A stretch of DNA of 64,000 bases, from NCBI RefSeq assembly GCF_009914755.1, contig NC_060936.1; one strand, given 5' to 3'. The notes below the pieces were generated by a model. That model worked only from the letters and a program-made list of their open reading frames with translations, did not search any database and was not told where the DNA came from. This document shows positions 33,538-48,160 of the stretch, in pieces (the first letter of the stretch is position 1; each line of letters opens with the position of its first letter). Both the position numbers and the translations under genes were made by a program. This DNA is from the human T2T-CHM13v2.0 reference genome, Homo sapiens.

Positions 33538-34650
33538 ACGTTTTAAAGTCCACCCTCTGCCACCCCCTCCCCCCGGCTTTCTTCTGGAATTTTGATTTCT
33601 TTCCTTCTATTGTGATGAGCATTGCTTTGGTTTTGTCTAGGCTGAGCTATGTCTCCTGATCAGTCTCCTGTTTCTGCTTATATCATAAAGGCACATTTCT
33701 GTAGTGCTTCATACCTTACCCAGCCTCTTCACATAGGCTTTCTTATTTAACCAGCTCCTTGGGCATTGCTCTAAGTGTCCAATTCAGCTGAAAATATCAT
33801 CTGCATGGCATTGCTGTTACAGTGGATTCTCAAAGTTGTAGTTGTCATTTTTTGGAGGTTCAGATAAGAAGATGAGTGGGGCACAGGAGCAGTGCACTTC
33901 CCCCTTGAAGTAGTGTGGGGAAAGAAAAGAGGCAGCTCCATTTCAACAAGAGCCTCTTTCAGTCCTTGCATGGCCTCATGTTCCCTGACATGCTAACCAG
34001 TCCAGAAATAACAATGTCAGTGCAACTGGCCTTTCCCCACTGCTTCTGTAGAGGCTGATGTTGTTCCTGTGGCCCAGCCAGGGCACCATCCTAAAGAACA
34101 CGGAGCCAGTGTGCTGTGGGAGTTGAGGCTGCTGTCAAAGTTGGCCAGTTCCTTTCCAGACACAGTCACTTCCCACTGGAAGTGAGCCAAGCTGGGGGAT
34201 GGGCAGGGACAGGGTAGGTGTTCTGTACAAGATCTACCTTTCTAAGTGGCAAGAGGCATTGTGGATTGTTGCTATGAGATTTTGTTGACTGGTAAGATTT
34301 CTTTTATCAGTGGCAATAAAGTGAGACCTTATGCTGCAATTATTTCCAACCTGGTTGATTTTCTCTCTGTAGCAGAACTCCTGGCACATGGCTGCAGGTG
34401 TGTAGGTAACCCGAAGATATCTGACTCAGTGATCACTGTTTTTTGGGAAATGGAGAAAAAGAGCTCTTAGCTGGCTTCAGAGTCTGGTTTCAATCTTGTG
34501 TGGTGACTGTTGGGACTTATTTACTGGATATTTAATTTTTCATTTGAAAAACTATTGTAGAGGTCTATGAAGACGGTCCCTCCCTCCCTCCCTCCCTCCC
34601 TCCCTTCCTTCCTTCCTTCCTTCCTTCCTTTCTCCTGCTCTCCCTTCCTT

Positions 34651-34863
34651 GCTGGGAGAGAAGGGAGACATTCATTGATGAGTTACCAATATTTTCTAAA
34701 AATATCCAGTAATATATAGTAATAGAAGAAAAAGGGTGTTTGGAAAGAGGTGCTGTGGAATAATACTGGAGCCCTAAAAAATCTGTGGTTTGCTAAACAT
34801 TTTCTGGGCTGGGAAATATAATTGATTTGAATTCTCAGCTGTGCCTTGTTTAAGAAGGGTGAG
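34651..34863 (+). repeat. Direct repeat copy 2 (~210 bp)
   Basis: Roughly 80-85% identical to 33327-33537 by eye. Flanked by (CCCT)n(CCTT)n at 34577-34650 and (TTTC)n(TTCC)n at 34960-35100. Confidence 0.92.
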
Positions 34864-34959
34864 TTGTTTTTATGACTTTTTTCCTCCCTTTTTCTAGATC
34901 TATCTATCTTTCTCTCTGTGACTCTCAAAATTTGAGGTATAGTTCTCTTTTCCCTCCCT

Positions 34960-34982
34960 CCTTGTCTCTTTCTCTTTTTTTT

Positions 34983-35018
<36 letters not shown>

Positions 35019-35100
35019 TCCTTCCTTCCTTCCTTCCTTCCTTCCTTCCTTCCTTCCTTCCTTCTTTCTCTCTTTTTTTCTTTCTTTCCTTCTTCTCTCT
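34960..35100. repeat. (TTTC)n(TTCC)n compound microsatellite
   Basis: Direct reading of the sequence. Confidence 0.95.
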
Positions 35101-38014
35101 TTCACATTAGGTAGAGCTGGACTGTAGTTTCCTCTCAGTGACATACTAATTGTGTGCCTTGAGGAAGTTGCTTCTCTTCTCTAAGCCCTTGTTTTCTCAT
35201 CTGTAATGACATCTGCTTTATCATACAGTGATATTCATTAATCATCAAGGATTGGAAATGATGAGTAAAGCACTAGAATAGTGCCTGTCACATCAAACGA
35301 GCTCGCTAAATGAGAATTATTATTTTCCTATATAAATTTCACCGATGTGGCCTGCAGTGACTTTGTAGAGGAGCAAATCAAGGTTTCTGAAAGGGATATG
35401 TGTGAGTGTCATGACTGTAGTAAGAAGAACAGCCAAGTTAGTCAACAAATGTTTATAAAAGTATCCATTGACAACATGGTGCTGTTGTATTAAACGCTGT
35501 ACAAAAAGCAAAAATATAAACTTTCTAGTTATTAAAAACTTGCCGTCATATGTGGCAAGACATGGTAACAAAAACATTTAGAATTAAAAAAATAAGTATT
35601 TCTGTAATTTTCTAGATCCTCTTCTTATAATTTTTAATAATTTTTAAAGAATCCTGTCATTCCTAGATGTCTCTAACCTTTCAGAGATCTCTATGGGGCC
35701 AATAATTCACTTCTGGACCTTTGAAGTTATATGTTGGGGTTTGGCTTTGGAACATTCTCATTCCCATTCGTGATAACCGTGAACAGAAAGCTGACTCATT
35801 ACCTGATGAATACAGATAAACAAGTAATGGGGAGAGAATGCAATATAATTCACATCTGCCTTAATAAATCAGTTTTATTTAACTCTTTGGTTTGCTCTGA
35901 CTGTGTGAGTACTGCAGTGTTCTGGAGGAATTTGCAAATCCCCTCACCTTTGCTCTCTGCTCTTAGAGGGTTACTTTCCCTGTTATCTCCTGACATCCCT
36001 GCTTTGTTATTTCTTTTCAAACCTGAAGCCACCTCTCTGTTCATCACCCACTGCCCTTCAGAACTCTTCCCTTGAAGTCTTTCCAAACAGGTGCTGTCCT
36101 GCTTCATTTCTGACCAACATTCTACTAACTCTTGTTTCTTATAGATGTTCTCCCTCCTGAACACTAACGTGCCTGTCTTTATATAGCCCTAACTGCCTTT
36201 ATGTTTCCATGTTCACTACTTGGTGTTTACCAGTATTTATTCTCCCTCCTCCAGGAGAGCTTGTGAGGGTAAGGATCCCGTGTTGCTTTTTAATGTAATG
36301 CCCTACATTGTTATAAGTTAAATGAATTATAAAGACAATGGATAAAGGGCATATCTAGGAAAGCTCTCAGTATACTTTTTTGTTTTTTAGTGTAGCAGTT
36401 TTCATCTTAGTCTGATAATCTTACTATTAATAAAAACTTATTAGGCAAAGGTTCCAAATTATATCTTGCAGGAACGTGTACAAGTTTGGACTGGTGGATG
36501 ACTGATTGACTCTGAAGAATTAAATAGCAGTGGTTTACTGAGATAGCCTGAGAAATTGAGAGAGAGAGATTGAGAGATACTAAGTCCTGCTGCAGGCAGA
36601 ACCCATTAAGTGAGGCATTCCTGGGCCCCTTGTAACTTACCAATAACTCTCCCCATTTGTGTGGTACAGATGGCAGGAAGGTGAGGACTCTAGGCTATCT
36701 GATGGGAGAATGAAGAAAAGGGACCACAAGTACTCCTCCCTCTGTCAGCCTCATGTCAGCCAGTAGTAGTGGTAATTACCACCATTGCTGAGCCCCTTAC
36801 TAGAGTAATAGCAGTATAGTAATAGTATAGTCCAGACACTATGGTATTTTAAGAAAATAAAGGCTATCACATTTAATCCTCACAAACCACCTCTGAAAAA
36901 TTTTCACAAAATTTTATACAAGAGAACACAGAAGCTCAAGGTCACACCATTAGTAAAGCATAGAGTCAGGCTGTGTGTCCAGGTCTGTCCAATCTTAAAG
37001 CCTGTGCTAAGTCTTGTCCTCACCTATTTACCTGTTTATTTTGACTATTTTTGTTGTTGTTGTTGTGTTTCCTTTGGGAAGGGGGAGGATGGAATCTTAC
37101 ATTTTTTTGACTTATATCCGGGACTTAGCATGTTAGGTGTGTTCTCAGTACATTTTTGCTGAGTGAATGGGCGAGTCCAGTCCAGTTGCTCTATGATGGA
37201 ATGTGGAACTGAGCAGTGTGGTGTCTGGGAAAGGGCCATGTTGAGGAGGTAGGAAGGAGGCCTAGGTCCTAGTTCATTCTCTCTTACTAACACATGATCT
37301 TGGGCAAGTCACATACATTCTGTGGGCTTCAGAGTGTTACCTGTGAAACATAAGGGGGCTGAAGAACAACGTAATTTCTCCAGTGCCTGATTCTTGTGAG
37401 GCATGGAGAAAAGGCCACTAGATCGCTTCAAACATGTGTTACAGAAAAGAGGCCGATTTCATGCTTGGGATCAGGAATTCTGCTCTCTCTTTTTATCTTA
37501 GAAACCTATATTTGTGATTTATGATAAACTCTTTGATTTTCCTGTGCCATTCCTCCCATTTGCTGATGAAGATAGAGCAATCCCTGCATCCTTCCTGGCT
37601 ATTTCATGATCTTAAAGTTTTATAGAAGACAAAAATTTAGTAATAATGTAGCAATAATATGATTAAGCACAATAATCATAAAAAAGACCACAAATATTAT
37701 CTAATGAAAACTCAGCCTCCTCTTCCTTCAGCTTCCTCTTCCTCAACTAGAGAAATGCTGAATTGGGATAGCATTTAATGTTCTGGTTTAAAGACAGGTA
37801 TTTTAATATCATGTAAATATCAGTGCTTATTGCAGTTGAAGAAAAGTATCAAGAAAATAACAGATTATTCAGACTTAGACTGATATGCTACACAATTACC
37901 CCAAGTCTACATTTTAACTGATTTCGCTGATGATTCCTACATTGAAATAATTTTCAATCACAAAATTACTCTTGTTTCTTAAAGTGAATTATTTTGTGAG
38001 AGGCTAGATTTCAG

Positions 38015-38100
38015 ATATATATATATATATGGCTATGTATGTGTCTGTGTGTATATACATATATACATGTTTATACATATACAGATATACATAGATACAT
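38015..38100. repeat. (TA)n/(CATATA)-type low-complexity repeat
   Basis: ATATATATATATATAT..GTATATACATATATACATG..ATACATAGATACAT. Confidence 0.85.
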
Positions 38101-38545
38101 TTATTTAAAGTTAATCCTCTATAAGTCAGCCAACATAATGTTAATAACATAAACACACACACACATATATATGAATATTATTAACACTATGTTGGCTGAC
38201 TTATAAAGGGTTGACTTTAAGCAAATTGAGTGTTGAACTTGATGGCCTTGACCATCTCTTGGATTTTTCCTGGGCTCATAATGATCAGAATATACATATT
38301 CCAGAAATAAAAATGTCCTTAGGGAATGACATGAAACCTTTAACACGAGTGACCCGTGGAAATGTTGATTATTGATGCCTTCCAGGTGCAGGAGGAAGAG
38401 AGACAATCTGCCAAGTGCCACATTCCGACATTAGTAGGTTTTTATGAGGGAGAAAGCAGGTAGAGAGCTGTCGAGTCACTAACACAAGGCCACACAAATG
38501 GCAAGTGGCAAGGATGAAATGAAGGCCCAGGTCCTTTGAGCTTCT

Positions 38546-38716
38546 TCTTCTTTTTTTTCTTTTAGACACAGAGTTTCATTCTGTCACCCAGGCTGGAGTG
38601 CAGATGCAGTGGCATGATGATAGTGCACTACAACTTGGAACTCCTGGGCTCAAGCCATCTTCCCTCCACTGCCTCCAAGTAGCTGGGGACTACAGGTGAA
38701 CACCATCCTGCCTGGC
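38546..38716 (-). mobile_element. Free Alu monomer (FRAM/FAM-like) inserted in a MIR
   Basis: Single ~155-bp arm AGACACAGAGTTTCATTCTGTCACCCAGGCTGG..GAACTCCTGGGCTCAAG..CCTGGC. TSD CTTTGAGCTTCT at 38534-38545 and 38716-38727. Confidence 0.88.
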
Positions 38717-41081
38717 TTTGAGCTTCTCTTTAACTACTTGCTCTCTCTACCACACGCTGACATGGTTTCCTGTTTCTATAAGAGCTGACAACCCTTTCTT
38801 GGATTTGCAAGGTTAAGATAGAGCATAACAGAACTTTGCCCACTGCTTAAATAGTTATTAAGTGGGACTATCACTTCATCCACTGATGGGAGATGGTAGG
38901 AAAGGGGTGATGCTTTTGAGAAGCTAAGTAGGGTGAAAAGCTGTGCTGGAAGAAATTGGTTTCTGGCATTATATTCAGGAATATAGCAATTTATTTGCAA
39001 AACAAGTGTTAGTGGGGTGTCGTAGAGGGCAGGGATGAGAGAACTTAAGGGTTGGATTTTCTCTCAAAGGTGCTTCGTTTGGCTGAAGCCTGTTTCCTCC
39101 CAGATAATTTTAGTATTGGACAGGCTCGTGATGGATATATTTCCAGGTGTCTACTTTAGAGATCTATGTAGAGATCTACTCTTTTTCCTCCAACATGTTC
39201 TGAAGTTCTCCAGTCTATCAGACCAGCATTCTTTCTGCTGCAATTTAAGCTTACTTCCTCTCCTACTTCTGTTTAAACTGATAACCTTGCCCAACACTGG
39301 TTAATCCCAAGAAAGATATTGGGACAAAGGTATCTATTGGAACACTCTCTTTTGGCTTAGTTGTCTTCATAATTCCTCTTGTAGGTGACTGGTTATCTTG
39401 ATCTCTCCCACAATTGGTTTGGAAGCCTGCTCAGCAGCCCCTGTCACTCAACTCTCAAAGATCACTTTTGTTTTCAAGCAAATACTAAAACAGGTGGAAC
39501 CTGCCACCAGTAATATGACCCACTGAGTAGAGAAGGTGACTCAGTCTTGGCAGCTCAAGTCAGGCTTGGGAGAGGTGACTGTGGGAATCCAAATGAACGG
39601 CTTATTTCCAAAGAATGTGCAAAATTCCAGTGTCAAAAATGTGAACAATTCAGTGCAACTGGACACACCTGACACACCTCTGCAGTCTTCCTCACACAAA
39701 GCCACCTGCTCTAAGTCAGCTTCAGGAGAATCTTGTTTTCTAGCACCCACAGGAGCAGTTCCTACAACTCAAGGGAGAGTTCAGATGGAAGGAGTGTTTG
39801 CTCCAAGGCTTGATATGCAGCTCAGAGTTGGAAGAAGAGTTTCCAGTGAAGCCCATGATGAAAGTTGATTATGAAACACTGATGTTTCTCACTTTTTTTA
39901 CACTTTCATTTTGCTGACCTGTTATCAGTAATTTACGTGTTCCTCAGTGTCAAAAAACATGAATAGTTCTTATAGCCTTGCTTCCCTCTCTTCCAAGTCT
40001 CAGAGCTTCTGCTGGGTCAGGTTAACCCAAGCTCAAAAAAATCTTGGAGTTTTTCCAGGTAGTCAGTTCTTTCTGCTCAGCTGCCACCATGACTTCTTAA
40101 ATTTATATAAAGGAAGAATAATCTAGTGGGGAAAAACTTGGCTGTATTAAGAGAAGACATGAGTTTGAAGCCAAGTTTCATTAAGTTGATAATTATGTGA
40201 CTTTATCTCCTTTGAGAAAGCTGCTTTGTCTCCTAGTACATCTGGTTTTAATTTTGTATGATACAGATAAGATACTGGTCACATGGTGATGTACAAGGAT
40301 GCTCTGAAAATGAAATAAGGCATACTAAGCTCCAAGACTCTTTTGATATAAATCCTACATAAAGTCAGCAGATTGAGGTTATCATTATAATGATGTAAGT
40401 GGTTGTAAATGCTCACCAAGGCTTAACTACATAAACACAGGGAAGAGGAAGAGAGACTTTTTTTTAGTTAAAAAGAATAAGTGGCCAACACCCCAACCCC
40501 CTTTTTTTATTTTTACGGTGTGTGTACATTAACATTTCTAAATTACTCAATTCCTTCTTGTGAAGGTTTTGCTAAAACCTGTAAGTTTAGACTATCTGGT
40601 GAAAAATCATATCCTCTTGTTATTGATGTTTTAAAACTTTTAAGTATTTTGACCTAAATGCTAAAGAACAAAGTCAATTGTTCAACTAAAAAGGCAGAAT
40701 GTAAATATTTATTTGGCTTAGGTACTCTCGGAGCATCTATTTTCACAATCAAAATACTTCCTCCCAAATATTTGAGAAAGAGTTATAATATGGCTCTTTG
40801 AAAAGCGTGGGAAATTAAGGATGAAATAAAAACGTGACTATAGACTTCCTCAATTTTGAATAAGATTTCAGTGAGGGTCTCTTATGATTGGATGTTGATT
40901 TTATTAGCTTTTTATGTGACTTCATACTGCTTACTTTTGAAAAACGTTAATTGCATTTAATAGAGACATGGTTTACAGTGAATTAAGTGAAATATTGAAA
41001 AACAATTCTTAGAAAATAAAAAAATGTTGCTTTCCATTTTATTCCTTTTTTATTTATTTATTCCCAGGCTCTGCAGATTAA

Positions 41082-41425
<344 letters not shown>

Positions 41426-42924
41426 ACTAGTTATTCACTTTCTTGTTTGAACTTTTGATCGTTTATTCCTTTACTCGGCTGCCCATTCATTTGTTAATAC
41501 ACTTATGAAATATTCAATGACCTAATAATTTGTGCCAGTCGCTGTTCTAGCGACAATTACATTTCATTAATTTAAAGGCATATATTTTCATTTAGGTGTA
41601 TTTCTTTTATATTTGGCAAACTAATTTGTTTTGAAGCACATTGTAAACACTAGAAAGAAATTGATGACTTAGTGTGGTAATAAGGGAATGTCTACAGTTC
41701 AGGTTTTTGACCAGGTCAGGGCAACAGCAGTAATGATAACAGCTTACACCAACAGAACCCTACCATGTACCAGGTGCTATTCCAAGTGCTTTTCATGAAT
41801 AAATGAGTTGAATCCTTAAAATAACTGAAGATTAAAATAAGAGAGGAGGAAACTGAAGTAGATGCCTCACTTTAAGTGATGCTGTTAAAGTTACAGAGCC
41901 TAATAAATGCTGGTGCCAAAAGGACAATATTACAAATCTCAAAGTGTTTTTCTGAGGATTAAAATAAAAAAGTCATGCAACGTGTTTATATCTCAATAAT
42001 CATTAGGGAAAAACCCCCAGATCATAGAATAATTGTTTTTGTGATTGCACCAAGTGACTCATTTAAAATGCAGTCTCTAGGGTGGACTTAACTCTGTCAC
42101 CTACTAGCTGTGTGACCCTTCAAAAATTGTTTTACTTCTCTGTGCCTCAGTTTCCCATCTGTAAAATGAGCATAATTCCTGCACTATCTAAGTAGGTAAC
42201 TATGAGGCTCTAGTCTAGGAGATAGGTTCATGACAGTGTGTCGCAGGCCATGAAGAACTCTGGGAGTGTAGGAATTTTGCAGCAGTGTCTTTTTTTTAAC
42301 GGTCCTACCTGCTGGTAGGACACCCCCCTTTTAAAAAAAATGCGTAGTCTAAATAGTACACAAATCAACTTTTACCTCATTAGCATTTTTTTTTCCATTA
42401 AACACTTCTGGATTCTTGGTAATTCTTTTGTAAACCACTTCCTCCTGTTGAAATCTTGAACTAATTTTGATATAGAAACTAGCTGTTGGGGTGATAGTAC
42501 ATGAGCCAGTTTATTAAAATCATCACCTGGTCTTTGGAGAATGGTGGTCTCTTCTGATTCTTTGTCCTGGATTACAACTCCCTCTTGTCACCTACCCTCA
42601 TCATAGAAACTCATCTTTAAATACTCTTAATTGACCACATCTCTCTATTCTGTAATTCTAGTTTGCAGAATAAGCTCTCCTAGATATATCATCTGATGAC
42701 TATTCCAGTTTGCTGTGCTTTCTATTTTTCACATCTTGTGTTATTTGAAGACGTTTATATTTACCTAATCCCCCTAGCAGCCCCAGGGGAAAGCAGGATG
42801 CCATGAGGCTCCGAGCACGCTGACTGTCTACATTCATTGGTCAGAAGGAACAATATTCACTCCTCTTTGGTTTTCACACAAGTCACTACTTTCTTGACTC
42901 AACCACACATCCCTTCCTTTGTTA

Positions 42925-43326
<402 letters not shown>

Positions 43327-44499
43327 CTAATATTAAGTTGACCTATTACTGTGGATTTAACTAGTACAGTTAGTGTGTTTTCTATGCAGGAGGGGGATGG
43401 AGGAGGGAGGAAAGCAGCTGTTATTATAAAACTGTAGTATATGTTTTAAAAACAGTTATAATTTTTATCTTTTTTCTATTCTTAGAAGCAATACGTCTCA
43501 CACTTCAGGGCTAAAATGTACTTCTCTTCCTCTTCTAAAATCCTGGATACAAATCCTTGGTCTTAAGTTCTCTTTTCCATTCCAGGACACTTTCTAGCCA
43601 AAAGTGGAGGTTGCGTTGATCAGGAAGGGTTAGGCAACCTTTGTTGTTGAAGGACAATTTTGATGGAAGGATCCTGTCCCAGTCCCTCCCCTCCCCTCTT
43701 CTTCCTCTTCCTCCCCCTTATGATTTGCTGAGCTCTTCAAACACTTTGTCCCTGGGATCACCCTCGCCTCTGGGATGGAGCGCTCCATTGTGGCACCCTT
43801 ATACCTTGCAAGTGCCTTCAGCAGTGCTTCCGTCAGCCTTGGAGGGTATAATCTGGAGCTGGAGGTTTCTAAGCAGTCAGGCTGCTGTGAGCATGATGTT
43901 TTGGTGTGTTTGCACCAGCTTCCTGTTGCAGAGTTTGGGAAGTGAATCTGGTAACTGCCTGAACAGAAACACTTCCCCTTACTTTCTACATCAAAGAGAA
44001 GTTATGAAGTTACCTGACATTGGTGTCACTTTTTAGGAGTAAGGACAAAGCATTGTGTTTTAAGGAGACTACATAAATAGGGAAAGGACCTCAGCTTCAG
44101 CTAAAAGAGGTCACACAATTTCTTTTAGCCTCAGTTTCCTCTTATGTAAGATGAAGTGATACTATGCCCCTTGCATGGTTGTTATGAGAAGGCAATGAGA
44201 TAATTTAAATGAAGTGCCAGGTACCTTGCGGGGGGCACTTAATAAGTGGTAGCCATTTCTGTTATGGAGAATAGGTTCTGTTTTGTATAAGTGTTGTGGA
44301 CTATGTCTTCTGAAGTTTGTTTTGTGAGTTGCAGTCATGTGATTCATATTTCCAGTATAGCCCCTGTACACTGTGTAGGTGTTTATACCCACTTTTGCCA
44401 GTGGAGTGAGAGCTCCTGCAGGAAAGAGAGGCATGGTGTGCTTGCTTATCTACGTGCTGGGGTAGAGAGGCATGGAAGGAAGGGCCAAAGAGCTCAGGC

Positions 44500-44720
44500 T
44501 GGAGCTAGGCTGTCTGAGTTTAAATGCTGCTGCTAAGTTAGTAGCTGTGTAAACTCAGGCAAGTTACTCAGCTTCTCTGTGTTTCAGTTTCGTCATCTGT
44601 AGAATAGAGACACTACTGTATACTACCTCATAGAGAGGTTGTAAGAATCAAATGAAAAAATTCACAGATATATGTAAAAGGCTTAAAACAGCATCTGGCT
44701 CAGGGTATACTGTTACTATG
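44500..44720 (+). mobile_element. MIR SINE (one of many MIR cores; others at ~16025, 20650, 25400, 25770, 29690, 35110, 36860, 37250, 41730, 42070, 44100, 46310, 46600, 61790, 63540)
   Basis: TAGCTGTGTAAACTCAGGCAAGTTACTCAGCTTCTCTGTGTTTCAGTTTCGTCATCTGTAGAATAG. Confidence 0.8.
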
Positions 44721-47239
44721 TACAGCATACATCAGACTCACTGTATGGTGAGTGCTCCCTAAATGCAAGCTTGCAAATGAGTGGGAAGTAGAGCATCCCT
44801 CTTTCTCTGTGTTCTATAGGGATCCCAAATAGAGGTGTGAACTACACGTGCTTATAAGAGATAGAATATCAAGTAGAATTTAGATTCCTGTATATGGGAG
44901 AACATTCCTCTTCTGCTGGACTCTGTTTCTGCTGCACCCTTGATTTCCCTCCCGTTTGGTATTCCCAGGGTTCCTGTTCATATCTCTTTGGTCATATCTC
45001 CTGGTCATATCTCTGGTGGTCAGTTCTGTGGGGACAGCACTATGTCCAACTTGTTTAATGTTATATCAGTAACTCCTAGCCTCTGGCATGATAGATTCTA
45101 AAAGCATGTTTAACAAATGATACATGGAACACTAGAAAGTGCTATTGAATGTAAGCAGTTTCCAAGAGACACTATTTGTGCACTTAGTAAGGTCAGTACA
45201 CTGGGCCAGGGCGGGGACAGGAATACGTGAGAACACAAGTGTAGTGGGAACATACTGTTAATTTACAACCACAGGAAAAAAACAAATATGCAGGGTCATA
45301 AGCCTTGATTTAGAAAATAGTCCCATTATATATAGTGGTAACCCCAAACCTCGGTATTTAGTTTAGGGTAGAATCTGGGAAGAGAAATTGAACGGGAGAT
45401 TCAGCCCGGAGGAATCACATGATAAAGACTGACTAAATATTGTAAATTTTTCTCAGAGCAAACTTTTATAATGCATGTTTCTCAAATATTAATTGATGGT
45501 CTAGTGTCTAAAAGAAATAAGCCCAGGAAGGCTATGCCATTGTATTTTTAGAAGTACTTAAGTGACCTCTAGCCACTCTAACAACTCCTTGAGAGTTATG
45601 GCAATATCCAGGATGTTTTGTGTCTTTGTCAGGCATATGATATATTACTGTCTGCCTGGCCCAGTGTCTTTTAAGGAATTCTGTGGATCAAGTGTCAGGC
45701 CATGGCAGGAGACTTGTTCTAAAACAATCATCAGCCTGGTTGAAACAACATAAAAAAAAGTTTCTAAGTTTACTATGAGTGTTGTTCATTGCACCTCACT
45801 GCAAAGCTATTTTCCTTTGCATCTTGCAGTTGTTTTCATGGTGGCAACTCCTGCAAAGCATATATGACACCCGACAAAGGATGTCATGGCAGGTTGAGTG
45901 TTCTATCTGTAAGCCTTTCTAATTTAGCAGTAAAATTTTAAAGCAAAGCCCAGAAAATCCTTGTTGATGTTTGACTCTATGCCCATTAAAGTCTTTTATG
46001 CCCCCAAAGAATTGAGATCTTCAGATAAAATGTGAAGTGCAGCACAAACGAAAACACGTTTGTCAAGTATTAAAACATGCTGGGACTTGGAGGCGTTGCA
46101 AGACCTTTTACAAACTGCATATAGTTTTATAAATTTAACAAATGACATGAAATTTTATCTTTATAAGTGAAACTCCCAATTCTTGTTTTTCTTTCTCAAC
46201 TGGAGGCAACTAGAAAAAGAAAGACTATTTTTGCTTTAGGATTGGATTTATTTTAGGGCTATTTGTTGATTTTTGGATGTATTACAAGCCCTGGTGGGAG
46301 AGGGAAGTTCTGGAGCCAGAAGGACCAAGTTTTTTATTCTGCCTTTGGCATCAATCAGGCACATACACTGGGGCAAGTCTCTTAACTTTCTGATGGTCAG
46401 TTCCTCATCTGAAAAAGGAGTAACATACCTACCTCACATGGTAGTGTCCAGCACATACTGGGCAACATTAATTTTAAAATCTGAATTTAGGTTGCTTTTT
46501 AAACATACATATCGGTGGAAAGAAAACTGGGCTTAAGCCAGAAAACCAGTCTTTGTCCTGCTGCTTCTTAGTTTTCAACAAATTAACTCAGAAACAGAAA
46601 TTTAGAACTGAAGGGATTTGGAGGGAGCCCAGCCCTCTTGACTTTCAAATAACAAAACTGAGGACCAGAAAAATGATAAGCCTTGCTTAAGGCCATGCAA
46701 GCTAGTGACAGGGCATTGAACATAAACCAGCAGTCAGGGTGCCAGGTCCCAGCCTTCTTCAGTCCTACGGCCCTGTCTTTTGGTAAAAAGCTACACAGAT
46801 TTGTTATGATTTAATCACGTTTGTTTCCAGTGTCAACCTAATTTGATATTCTTAGTGCCAAAAAGACTTCTTCAGACTAAAAGAACAAAATGACAACCAT
46901 GACTATTTGACCAGAAGAGAATTATAGAGCAGAGGATCTTAGAGTTCTGACATAGCTCAGAAAGTTAAAGATCAGGACGGTGACTATCGGCCTGGACTGA
47001 TGCATGGACATGCAGTGTCAGAACTCCTCAAAGATTCTCAATCTTTCCCCCCCATATCACAGCTGACTTATTCTGATGGGAAAATAGAAAGGTACCTCTT
47101 TGAGGGAAAAGCACATGTATTACATATTGTTTGAAACCTCCACAGGGGCTTGTACAGTGCTTAGCACCCCATTGATTTCTTTAAATGCCTTCTAAATAGT
47201 ATGGACAATGAAAAACTACTACTAGAATTTTCAGTATAG

Positions 47240-47450
47240 GGTATTGATGGGATTTACAAACTGAATGCACCTGTGCAATCAGCACCCTGATGTATACATA
47301 CAGAACATTATCAGCATTCCAGAAGCCTCCTCCATGCCCCCAGCAGGGGTACCTCAATCCTTGCTTCTAACAGCATAGATGAGCTTTCTCCTGTTTGTCT
47401 ACATTTTGTACAAATGGAATGATACAACAGGTACTCGTTGCTTTTGGATT
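47240..47450 (-). mobile_element. Ancient L1M 3'UTR fragment
   Basis: ACAGAACATTATCAGCATTCCAGAAGCCTCC..TTCTAACAGCATAGAT..AAATGGAATGATACA. Confidence 0.65.
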
Positions 47451-48160
47451 CTTTTGGGAAATATTCAGATGTTGCTTTGGATCCACAGGAAGTAGGATTC
47501 CAAATTGGGGGCCCTCAGTGGAGGACAAAAGCATTTTGCATATTGCAGTTTCATTTTAATGATGGAAAGTGGTATCAATATAGCAGTTGATTAGTAAGAG
47601 TGTGTAGGTGTAATTAGGTTAAAACTTGTTCTTATTGCCAAGATCAAGATTTTTGTACCTTAAATGATTCACTACATTTTACAGCAAAGTATAATTTTAG
47701 TTAGGCAAATTGATGTAAATAATACAAAATTGAGGAGAGTGAAAAATAAAACCCTTTCCCTTGTGTGCTTTCCTTTGAAATTGTTTTTAAGCAAATTTTT
47801 ATTTTTTATGGAATGTTCAGAAAAGAATGATAAATTTTCTAAATAAATAATCCAAATAAAAAGAAACTCTGAATGATGAACCCAGATCATTCTGTCTTCA
47901 TTATCTTTATATTCCTATTATACAACTAAATGTCTGACACATAGTATGCATTCAATAAATGATGACTGCTAGAATAAGTGAATGATTACGTTAAAACATG
48001 ATGACAAACAAAGACATCACAACTTTTTCTAGAGAATATGTACCAGCAGAGTAAACAGCAATACTGGGAGACTTAACACTCTGTACATAAATGAAGACCA
48101 TTTGGAAGCAGTTTTGCTTTTCAGATTTGGAGTCATGCAGTTGTAATCCTCCAATTCTCA

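Noticed and set aside
39536-39868. 110-aa ORF in unique sequence as a coding exon
   Set aside because: Non-ATG start, no recognisable domain and no convincing splice sites. The length is within chance expectation.
42302-42321. 8-bp hairpin GTCCTACC-TGCT-GGTAGGAC (and a similar one near 30870-30890)
   Set aside because: Short stems of this size are expected by chance in 64 kb.
44980-45016. Short tandem duplications (CATATCTC x3 here; also ~17330, 18862, 41088, 55815)
   Set aside because: Ordinary slippage products. There is no repeat-spacer organisation, so they are not CRISPR-like.
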